A stretch of DNA of 64,000 nt from Chloropicon primus. Taxonomy: Eukaryota. Of this stretch, positions 44,413 through 53,678 are shown one piece after another (position 1 is the stretch's first letter; every line of letters starts with the position of its first letter). The position numbers and the translations under genes were made by a program. Under the pieces are notes generated by a model, which did not search any database, was not told the DNA's origin, and was given only the letters and a program-made list of their open reading frames with translations. The DNA lies in the NCBI GenBank assembly GCA_023205875.1, contig CP060763.1, positions 372,001-436,000 of the forward strand, read 5' to 3'.

Positions 44413-45031
44413 GCTCACTTCCGCTTCGGGTTCGCCCGACGTTGCGACAATAAGAACAACGCTCGTTTCACCAAGTCCGAGGGACGGAACGACACAAAAC
44501 GAGAGATCCGCCACGAGATGGTGGTGGACAGACGCTTGTCTCCTCACCGACCTTCGCGTTTCACGCCAACCCCCACACGCTCCTCTCCTCTCCTCTCCTC
44601 TCCTCTTCTGGTCCTTGGTGTTCGTCCGGTCGCCTCCGAGGTCAATCCGGCACCAAATCCTTCCACCGAGGGGTCTCCTGAAAGCTCTCGAGATGAACAA
44701 GCCTCCTGCACCCCTCCCCTCTCGCCCCTCTCTCTCCTCGTCTCCCTATCGCAACCCAAACCTCCGTTGCTCCTCTGCTAAGGGATGGCGGGAAAAGATG
44801 GCGGGGAATGAGCATTATTTTGGCACCTGCATGTCAGCTCTGTACGACGACGCGATGGTGGACGCGACGCAGGGGAAGGGGAGGAGGAGGAGGCTTGAGC
44901 TCAGGACCAAGAAGCGTAGATCCATCCTCAAATAGAAAGGGAAGTGCGTATATTAGGGTAACAAACAATTTACTGATACATGGTTTCATTATGCATAATA
45001 TGATGTTTCTGCAGGCCGAGGGGCTTGGTCA

Positions 45032-46989
45032 TCAGTGGCGTGGCGTCATGGGGAGCTCCAGCCTTGTGATGGGAGATGAATTCTCCTTCCCGCACTCGCG
45101 CATCTTCTCGTCCATGTAGGCCTTGAAGACGGGGGTCATCGCCTGGTTTGCTGTGCTCTTGCACACCGCCGCGCACTGCGTTGCGGTGTGCAAGGTCTCG
45201 ATCTTGTTGGACGACGCGAGCAGGCTCTGGATGAGCTCGTCCTTCTCCTTCAGCTGGACCGCGAGCTCCTCTTCGTGCTTCACCCTCAAAGCCTCGATCT
45301 GGCTCTCAAAGTCGCTCTTCTGGGCCTCGCTCTCCTTCTTCAGCCTCTTCACCTCGTGCTCCAACTCCCCAATCCGTGCCTCGGCCAGCCCCAGCTTGGC
45401 GCTGCTCTTCTCCAGCTCCTCCTGCTTCTGCGACTCGAGCCTCTTCCTGGACGACCTGGTGTTGCCGATCTTGGAGAGCTTGTTCGTCAGATCGCTGTGC
45501 TTCTTCTGCAGCGACTGAAGCTTCTTGGCTCTGACCGGAGCCCTGTTCTCCTTCTCCGCCTTGTCCTCCCTTAAGGAAGGCAACATCGCCGATGCAAGGG
45601 GGTGGGACTTGATTATCCTCTCGTGCTTCGTGCGAGCCCCTGGGAGCTTGATCATCTTCGCCCTCTCCGCCCAGTGCAGAGTGTTGGCCGTCTCCCCGAG
45701 CGAGAAAGAGCTTGGCGTCACAGTGGCAATCATTGCCGTCTGGCACATGCCCCCCAAAGAGTCCTTGAGCATCTGCGTGAGCTTGGAGTTCCGGAAAGGA
45801 ATGTGCTTCTTGCCCTCCACCAGTGCGCGGATGCAGCTTGAGAGGGAGAGGAGGGACTTGTTGATGTTCGCGCCCTCAACGCTGCGAGAGGAGCTCTTCT
45901 TCTCGTTGGCGATGGTCCTCTCCGATCCAGCCAAGTCAACCAAAGACAGCTTGCCGGTCAGGGTTCTGTTCTCGTCCTTTCTCACGACCTTGATCTGCAG
46001 CAGGGCATGGGACCTGCTCGACGTCCTGTTGCACCTCGTGGACTCAGTCTTTCTGTGCTTGTTGCCCTTGTGGAGCAAGTTCACCACTTCCTCCGCGCTG
46101 CTGGCACTCACTTCCTTGACTCCGTTCATCGTCACCCCCTTCCCAGGGAGCTCCCTCAGGCACAGGTCTCCGCCATTGGGGTTGAGCAAGTCCTTCAACG
46201 CCTCGTTGTAGATCTCGACGTAGGTCAGAGTCACGCTCGTATCAGGATCCTCTTCGATGGACTTGAAGAGGTTCTGAAAGGCAAGAACCATGATGCCAGG
46301 ATCATCGACGGAGCCAAGCATAGTGTGGGTCTTGCCAGTACCCGTCGCTCCGTAACAAAAGCAAGAAGCGTTCTGTCCGTTCAGCACGCTTTCCACCAAC
46401 GGGGCAGTGGTGGTATCGTAGACGCACCTTTGCGTGTCGAACATGTTGAAGACGTGGTCGAACTGGTACTGCCTCGTCTTCAGCCTCTTCATCCTCAGAT
46501 AGTCGTCGCTGGCGCAGAACTCGTGCAGGAAAGTCGTGTTTTTGTCCGCGATCTCCAAGGAATCAAAGGCGCCCGCCGTCAGCTCGGTCTTGGACAGGGG
46601 GCGGCCCCTCACGAACACGTTGATGCGTCCCCACTCGACCCTCGAGTTCGGGCTCTTCGATTTCACCTTGACCTCCTCCTTGATCGACACGATGGTCTTC
46701 TTCGGCACGGCGTTCGCCGTTCTCGGCCGCGTCTTTCTCAGCGGGCTCTGCTTGCTGCTCGCCCTGGTGCTCGCCCTCCTCGCCTCGGACTTTTCCTGAA
46801 CGACGAGAGACAGAGAGAGACAGAGAGAGAGAGGGAGTCAGCGCCGAGAGTTTTGCCTGGGAGACCGTCCGGACTTATCCTTCCTTCTCCTGAGGAGGCT
46901 CCTAGCCAACTTACCTTGACAACTCTTGCACTTTGCATGACGGTGCTTCTGCGCAACCTTGGCGCAGTCCTAGGTCTCTCCGCGGCCAT
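45032..46989 (-). CDS. Kinesin-8 family motor (KIF18/19-like); intron 46914-46796
   Basis: CYGATGTGKTHTM, NRTSSRSHA, LVDLAGSER, EGANINKSLL, HIPFRNSKLT and a C-terminal coiled coil. Confidence 0.92.
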
Positions 46990-47248
46990 TGTCGTCGTTC
47001 GCTTTCGTTCGTTTCCTCTCTCTCTCTCTCTCCAACGGCTGTCGTCCTCCCTGGGTCCTGCCCTACCCTCTCAAGTGTCCTCCTCCCCTACTCCTCCCCC
47101 TCGCCTTGAAGCCAACCTCACTTCACACCAACGATAAACGATACACCTCCAACCACCTCGTGGAGTCCTCCCCCTCGTCCTGCTGCACCAAAACGGTATC
47201 CCCTCCACTGGCTCAGTCGTCCAGTGGTCCTCCTCCTCACACACACTT

Positions 47249-47455
47249 TGGGTACCACTGGGTTGCCTCAACTTGTGTCGTCTTGTGTCGCGTTATGTTA
47301 TGTTATGTTATGTTGTGTCGTCTTGCGTTGTGTTGACCACAACCACACACTCGCACACAAACCTCTTGCCTCTACCACTGGTCACTGGGTACCACTGGGT
47401 TGCCTCAACTTGTGTCGTCTTGTGTCGCGTTATGTTATGTTATGTTATGTTGTGT
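47249..47455. repeat. Direct repeat of ~70 bp (47249-47318 and 47386-47455) with (GTTAT)n
   Basis: tgggtaccactgggttgcctcaacttgtgtcgtcttgtgtcgcgttatgttatg occurs twice. Confidence 0.9.
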
Positions 47456-47694
47456 TGTGTGTTGTGTTTGTTCCCCTCTTCTGTCTCTGCTGTCCCCTCT
47501 CTCTTCTGTCGTCGTGACCAATTGAAATCATCAAGACGACAGGACTATACGATATGGAAGTTCAAGACACGCTACATCAACGGAATGGTGGATAATGAGT
47601 GTACATATTGTGTACACCCAAGATGAGACCTTGGAACCTTGAACGCTGACGAGAGCTGAGCTGAGGAGAGCTGAGCAGAGGAGAAGGAGAGCAA

Positions 47695-48064
47695 GAGGAG
47701 GAGGAGAGGTCTTGGTGGAGGGAGAGATACCCTAGCCCTAGGACCCCCTGGGATTCACCTCTCTACTTTCAGAATCAGTCAACACACACACGCACGCACA
47801 CACACACACACACAATAACTGCTTGCTTCTGCTGCTGCTCCAGCAACCTTGGAACAGCTGGAGAGGGACAGCTGAGAGGAGGAGGAGAGGTCTTGGTGGA
47901 GGTAGAGATACCCTAGCCCTAGGACCCCCTGGGATTCACCTCTCTACTTTCAGAATCAGTCAACACACACACGCACGCACACACACACACACACAATAAC
48001 TGCTTGCTTCTGCTGCTGCTCCAGCAACCTTGGAACAGCTGGAGAGGGACAGCTGAGAGGAGGA
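47695..48064. repeat. Tandem duplication, period 181 bp, immediately upstream of the Iojap ATG
   Basis: Two near-identical units, each including a (CA)n tract. Confidence 0.95.
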
Positions 48065-48582
48065 TGGCGCTCCTCGCTGCGTTGGGGACGGTGAGGAGGG
48101 CTGTGACGAGACAAGGAGGCGTTGCCAGTGAGTTGGCGAGGAGGTTGTCCACCGGGACTGGCCCAGAAGATGGGATTCCTGCGGGCTGCAGGGGAGGTCC
48201 TCCAGGGACCGTCCCTGACAGCCAGGCCCTGTCATCCGTCGTGGACGACGTGGTGGACCTCATCCAGCGAGCCAGGGGGAAGGACATCGCAGTGGTGGAT
48301 CTGGCGAACGCAAACGCGCTGTGCAACTCCTTCATCATCGCCACCGGGACGTCCAGGGACCACCTAGGAAGGATCACAGGCGGTTGCCAGTACCTCTTGA
48401 AGGAGCGGGGCTACACCTCGCGTCTCGAGGAGGGAGAGGAGTGGTATCTCCTCGACGGAGGGTCTTTGATCGTGCACGCCTTCTCCAGGGGTGCTCGAAA
48501 CTACTACGACTTGGAAGGCCTGCACGCCAACGCGGACAGCTCGAACGTTCGCCACATCCCCAACCTCGAAGAACTGGATTGA
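48064..48582 (+). CDS. Iojap/RsfS ribosome silencing factor (MALSU1-like, mitochondrial)
   Basis: RGKDIAVVDL, FIIATGTSRDHL and EWYLLDGGSLIVHAFSRGARNYYDLEGL. Mitochondrial-type presequence. Confidence 0.9.
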   Translation: MALLAALGTVRRAVTRQGGVASELARRLSTGTGPEDGIPAGCRGGPPGTVPDSQALSSVVDDVVDLIQRARGKDIAVVDLANANALCNSFIIATGTSRDHLGRITGGCQYLLKERGYTSRLEEGEEWYLLDGGSLIVHAFSRGARNYYDLEGLHANADSSNVRHIPNLEELD

Positions 48583-48625
48583 AGTGAAGATACACAATAA
48601 TATATTATTGAAGTACATTGGAGAG

Positions 48626-51600
48626 TTAATACATTTTTTCGAGGCTGGCCGTGTCCTTCTCCTTCCGCACCACGTCCTTTGCGTCTACCATGTCGTACGC
48701 GGCGGTGTGGGGCTGGGCGACGAGGAGGACGGTGGAGGACAGCCCGCTCAGGAGTTCGATGAGCCGCTTCACCCCCTCGTCGTCGAGGCTGTGCATGACC
48801 TCGTCCAAGACCATCAAATTCGACCTTATCCCTGACCGCAGGGAAGCCAAGGATGAAAAGCCGAGCGCCAGAGCGAGTCCCAGGCGCCCCCTCTCCCCGC
48901 CGGACAGCTGACTCAGGCTCCTCTCCACGAACTTTCCCGACGCGTTCCGAACCAAAACCTTCTTCTCTATGCTCTCTATCTGCTTCTCCTGTTTCGTGGT
49001 CCTGGTGGAGTTCAGCTGCAGCTGCAACGAGTTGGAGCTCAAGATCTCTAGGTTTTTGTTCGTCCTGCCTTGCAGCTGCTTCAGGGCCCCCTCGATCACG
49101 TAACTTTGCACGCCCGTAGTGGAGAACGCGGCGTCCACGGATTTCAAAGTCTCCACAGATTTCCTGAGCTCAGCGACAGCTCTTTCCCTCTGCTCAAGAG
49201 CTTCCTTCTCCGACTGCACCTTAAGGGCCGCCTCGGCACTTTGGCCTCGGTAAGGATTCTCCTGCCTCCTCAAGACCTTCGCCTGCTCTCTGAGAGCTTG
49301 GAGCTCGTTGTGGTGATGCTGATCTTGTAGAGCCGATGCCGCTTTCCCCGCGAGCTCGTTCTGCAAACGCGTTAGGGAGGCCTTCTCCCCCCTTATCGAG
49401 GTTTGCATTTCCCTCTCCGCACTCACTAAGCCCTGCAGCTCCTCCTGCAACGTTTGCTGCCTCTGCATTTTGTCGCCCAAGTCGCCAGCGAGCTCACTCA
49501 AATGCTCAGCAAAGGACGTCGCGTCGATAGGTTGGTCGCAAGTTGGACAGACGCCGTGCTGCTCCGTCCTTAACAAGGCTTCCTTTTTCTTGAGAGTCTC
49601 CTGCAATGTTGCAACTTCGTAAGATGCCAAAGACAAGTCTTTTTCCTTGTTGATCCGCTCGCCCCTTCCGAACGAGAGCTGCTCTTCCCCTGCGCGAACG
49701 GCATCTTCTGCCTCGCTAATCTTCCCCCTTAATTGCTCGATCTCATCCACCAAACTGGCAGAGGAGCTTCCAGAGGCATTGGGCTGCTTTGAAACCAGCG
49801 CTTCCTCTTGGTCTTCAAGCTGACGCTCCAGCTCAAGAATCTTTGAGGCTTGAAAGTTCGTCCACGATTCGACCTGCGATTCCAAGTTCTCCAGGTGCTT
49901 CTCGCTATGGGTCAAGACTCTTTTGCAGATTTCCTCCTCCGAAGCCGCGGAAGAAAACTTGTCTTTCGCCTCCCTCAGCTTTCCCTTGGCTTGCTTCGAG
50001 GCTTCTTCCCAATGAGAGAGAGAGGGCGCGATCAAAGCGAATTGCTCCTTCAGCTTTTTGTCGGTGCTAAAGAGCAATGAGTTGATGTTTTCCGCGTCGA
50101 TCATCATCATCTCGCACAACACGTTGGTGTTGATCGCCTCGTCAATACTCGCCTGGGTGGCCTTGGAATCTAATTGCGTTTTCGAGACGCCCCCGAGGCG
50201 GAACGACAGGTTCTTCAGAGATCGGGGCGTGATGGAGCGCTCGATCTCGAACTCCTCGTTGTTAAGAGATCCTCGTAGAACCACAGTAGCCACCTTGGAG
50301 GAATCATTCACCACATCTCTGTTCGTCAGAGACCGCTTCTTCCTGGACGGGTCTCCCTTGAGTTCTGTTTTCCCCGTCAGAGCCCAGATGGCAGCCATCA
50401 AGAGACTTGTCTTCCCAGCTCCATTGGACGTTGCGCCGTCGCTGTCGACGTTCTCCCCGCTGATTATCCGGAGATTGGGCGGGCCCTCGATGTCATAACA
50501 GACTCGGTCACGGAAAGGGCCGTAACCTTGGAGCTCCACGGACCGGAGACGAATGTCACTGCTTCGGGTCTCCATGTTTTGCGCCTCCATCTCTGCCATG
50601 ATGGATTGGCACAACGACCGAGTCTCGGGCGAGAGCGACGAGTGATCGGCATACGCCTGAAAGATCCCATCCGCATTCATGTCGTCCGCGTTCTCGATTC
50701 GGACGGTCTCCTTCTCGACCCTGGGCTGCAGATCCAGAGAGGAGACCCCCAGGCCCCTCAGTGCCTCTGAAAGCCTCTCCGTTTCTTCCTCCCTGACGTT
50801 CTTCACGCGCACGCGGTCTCCGGCTCTGACGGCATCGAAAATCGTCGCGTCGTGCAAGGCCGTGGCGGAAGCATCGAATGTGAAGTGCCGGGGCCCCAAA
50901 TCCACCTCGACGTCCCCCTTGATACTCCAATCACTGCCATCGAGAATCTTCACGGACTTGCGCTGATTCGATTCGCCAAAGCTAACCTGGTACTGGCTGC
51001 CGACGTAGTGGATTCTGCCTTCGATCGAGTGCGGCCTGTGATAGTGGCCCGTGTAGACAGGAATCGTGGAAGGGAACGCGGATGGGTGAATTCCTTGAGC
51101 CGACTGAAATTGCTCGTTGAAATCCGCGCCGATGATATCCACGTGGCAGAAGATCGCCTTTGGCTGCTTCCCCCCACCCCCGCTCCCACCGCCGTCGTTT
51201 GGGGAAACCTTCATGAGCTCTTCCTCGATCTCCTCCTTCCTCTGACGGTAAGGCAGCCACAGGGCGCCCATGAAGTAGCTAGGCTTGTCGATCACGATCA
51301 CGTTGCTGCAAGCTTTTGCGATTGGCTCCAACGAGTGGACCACCCCGCCTCGATCCACCTGGTCATGATTCCCCGGGATCATCACAGTAGGCTGCTTCCA
51401 GTCCTCCGCAAAAAGCTTAAGCACCTTGTTCAAAGGTTCCACGGGGAGCGAGCCTCTCAAGTGAAAGAAGTCGCCCAAGAAGATCACCCCCGCTCCTCTT
51501 CCTTTTGCTAAAACGTTGACAAAGTTGAGAACATCCATGCAGGTATCCTGAGTCTGCCTCGACACGTGGAGGTCGGAGAAAACGACCCACTCCTTCACAG

Positions 51601-51775
51601 ACCGGTGCCCTCCCGCCGCATCCCCTACCTCGCTGCCGATCCGCAACGCGTAGTTCCTTCTCCAACAACGGTGGCGAGGAAAGGGCCCAAACCTTGCACA
51701 AAGTCCTCGTCCCTGCACCGGGACTGCAGACCTTCTCAAGAGCGATGCTGCCCTCGTCAACCTCAGACGCTCCAT
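48626..51775 (-). CDS. Fused SbcD-like metallophosphoesterase + SbcC/Rad50-like ATPase, organelle-targeted
   Basis: FSDLH, LGDFFH, PGNHDQ and TGHYH; GEN...SNGAGKTS, zinc hook CPTC, signature LSGGE and Walker B MVLDE. Start MERLRLTRAASLLRR. Confidence 0.88.
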   Translation of the reverse strand: MERLRLTRAASLLRRSAVPVQGRGLCARFGPFPRHRCWRRNYALRIGSEVGDAAGGHRSVKEWVVFSDLHVSRQTQDTCMDVLNFVNVLAKGRGAGVIFLGDFFHLRGSLPVEPLNKVLKLFAEDWKQPTVMIPGNHDQVDRGGVVHSLEPIAKACSNVIVIDKPSYFMGALWLPYRQRKEEIEEELMKVSPNDGGGSGGGGKQPKAIFCHVDIIGADFNEQFQSAQGIHPSAFPSTIPVYTGHYHRPHSIEGRIHYVGSQYQVSFGESNQRKSVKILDGSDWSIKGDVEVDLGPRHFTFDASATALHDATIFDAVRAGDRVRVKNVREEETERLSEALRGLGVSSLDLQPRVEKETVRIENADDMNADGIFQAYADHSSLSPETRSLCQSIMAEMEAQNMETRSSDIRLRSVELQGYGPFRDRVCYDIEGPPNLRIISGENVDSDGATSNGAGKTSLLMAAIWALTGKTELKGDPSRKKRSLTNRDVVNDSSKVATVVLRGSLNNEEFEIERSITPRSLKNLSFRLGGVSKTQLDSKATQASIDEAINTNVLCEMMMIDAENINSLLFSTDKKLKEQFALIAPSLSHWEEASKQAKGKLREAKDKFSSAASEEEICKRVLTHSEKHLENLESQVESWTNFQASKILELERQLEDQEEALVSKQPNASGSSSASLVDEIEQLRGKISEAEDAVRAGEEQLSFGRGERINKEKDLSLASYEVATLQETLKKKEALLRTEQHGVCPTCDQPIDATSFAEHLSELAGDLGDKMQRQQTLQEELQGLVSAEREMQTSIRGEKASLTRLQNELAGKAASALQDQHHHNELQALREQAKVLRRQENPYRGQSAEAALKVQSEKEALEQRERAVAELRKSVETLKSVDAAFSTTGVQSYVIEGALKQLQGRTNKNLEILSSNSLQLQLNSTRTTKQEKQIESIEKKVLVRNASGKFVERSLSQLSGGERGRLGLALALGFSSLASLRSGIRSNLMVLDEVMHSLDDEGVKRLIELLSGLSSTVLLVAQPHTAAYDMVDAKDVVRKEKDTASLEKMY

Positions 51776-52258
51776 CACGCCACAACCTCGATCCCCTATC
51801 GACCAATTCTTCCCCTCCCCCCTCACCACCACCCGTGAGGCCGCGCCGCGCCGTCCTCTGCAACCATGAACACGCAAGCTCAACCAAAACTGATCCTGGG
51901 AAGAGATCCACGTTTCAGTCCACAAAATCTTCAACACCGCGCCATTCCCTTCAAGCGGCCATCATTCGATAGATCGTGCGACGATCCTTCCAGCCTCGAT
52001 CGCCCCTTCCCCCGCCTCTCTTCCTCGGCCTCGTCGTCCACGTCGTCGTCGTCGTCGTCGTCGTCGTGACCACCGTCGTTCTCGAGTCCTCCCTTATTAA
52101 CGCCCGGGTTCATCGCCAACAAGGGAGAGGGAAGGTGTTATCGTCGAAGGACTTTGTGCGAGGACGCCGGGCCCAAGGGGTGCGAGGACGTGGGCCCAGG
52201 GGGTGCGTCTGCTCGCTAGCTTTCGATCGAAACCTTCCTCGAGAGGAATGACGCCGGG

Positions 52259-53650
52259 ATGACAACGTGGAGAGCAAAGATGGAGGAGACGAGGGAGAGC
52301 AAGAGGCAGAGGAGGGAAGGAAAGGATGCGTTGGAGGTGCTGCCAGGGAGTGCGTGGCTCAGGATAGGGAGTCTTGTGGAGCCTTACGACCGCCTGGCGT
52401 TTGGGTTGACGTGCAGGACGTTTCTCGAGGCGGTGAGGACGAGGGAGGAGAACTTTAAGGAGAAGGGGAAGGATTCTCTTCTGAGGACGGACTTGAGGAG
52501 AGAGAGGATGTTCGAGCGCCTGCCTCGGTTCACTTTGGGTTGGTACAAGTGGGTGAGCGCGTCGTTCAAGAGAAAGAGGGGGCGAAGGTTCTTGTGTGAC
52601 CTGGGCAAGTACAAGACCTACTTGTCCGACTGCGACCTGTTGTTCACCGCGACTTTTCAGGGCAGCGTGGACGCGACGAGGTGGTTGGTGAGCCAAGGGG
52701 TCCCCTTGAGGGTTGACAAGTGGAAGTGCTGCGAAGGAGCTGAGTTCGGAGGCAATATTGAGCTGTTGTCGTTGTTCAAGAGCGAGGGCCACGCCTTCGA
52801 ATCGCTCAGCTACGCTCGTGCTGCTTACGGGGGGAACTTGGAGGCCATCAAGTGGCTTCGGAAAGAGAGCCCCCACCTTGATTGGGATTCGATGACGTGC
52901 ACTTACGCCGCGGAAGGGGGTCAGCTTGAACTCCTCAAGTGGCTTCGAAGCCAGGATCCGCCTTGCTCCTGGGACGAGGGCACTTGCGCCGAAGCAGCTT
53001 TGAACGGCCAAATTGGCGTCCTTCAGTGGCTTCGAAGTCAGGATCCACCTTGCCCGTGGGACAGCTCGGTGTGTTCATACGCAGCTGAGGGCGGCCACCT
53101 TGGTATTCTCAAGTGGCTGAAGCAGCAGGGGTGGACCATGGATGGAGAGTGCTGTGAGACAGCAGCGAGGGGAGGGTTTTTGGAAACGATCCAATGGTTA
53201 TTCTCGAGCGAGAGTTGCGAATTTTCGATTTGGCATTGCGCCGAGGCGGGAGGCGGGGGTCACCTTCATGTTCTGGAGTGGCTCCGAAGCCAGGATCCGC
53301 CCTGCCCTTGGGACGAGAACACTTGCTCTGACGCAGCTCTTGGAGGTCACCTCCACACTCTGCAGTGGCTTCGAAGCCAGAGCCCGCCTTGCCCTTGGGA
53401 CGAGAACACTTGCTCTGCTGCAGCTAAGGGAGGTCACCTCGATGTTCTGCAATGGGCACGGAGCCAGGACCCGCCTTGCCCTTCGAACGAGTGGACTTGT
53501 CGCAGTGCGGCTTCTGGGGGCCATCTCCACATCCTGAAGTGGCTTCGCAGCCAGAATCCGCCCTGCCCTTGGGGCCCACAAGACTGCATCAACGAAGCGC
53601 GAGAGAACGAGAGTGTCGACATCTCCGACTGGATCGCGAAGAATTATTAG
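52259..53650 (+). CDS. Ankyrin-like repeat protein (WLRSQDPPCPWDExTCxxAAxGGHL family) with F-box-like N-terminus
   Basis: Multiple ~27-aa repeats are visible. N-terminal LEVLPGSAWLRI...DRLAFGLTCRTF. Confidence 0.85.
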   Translation: MTTWRAKMEETRESKRQRREGKDALEVLPGSAWLRIGSLVEPYDRLAFGLTCRTFLEAVRTREENFKEKGKDSLLRTDLRRERMFERLPRFTLGWYKWVSASFKRKRGRRFLCDLGKYKTYLSDCDLLFTATFQGSVDATRWLVSQGVPLRVDKWKCCEGAEFGGNIELLSLFKSEGHAFESLSYARAAYGGNLEAIKWLRKESPHLDWDSMTCTYAAEGGQLELLKWLRSQDPPCSWDEGTCAEAALNGQIGVLQWLRSQDPPCPWDSSVCSYAAEGGHLGILKWLKQQGWTMDGECCETAARGGFLETIQWLFSSESCEFSIWHCAEAGGGGHLHVLEWLRSQDPPCPWDENTCSDAALGGHLHTLQWLRSQSPPCPWDENTCSAAAKGGHLDVLQWARSQDPPCPSNEWTCRSAASGGHLHILKWLRSQNPPCPWGPQDCINEARENESVDISDWIAKNY

Positions 53651-53678
53651 GAATCAAAAACGTAAGAATACAATGCAG

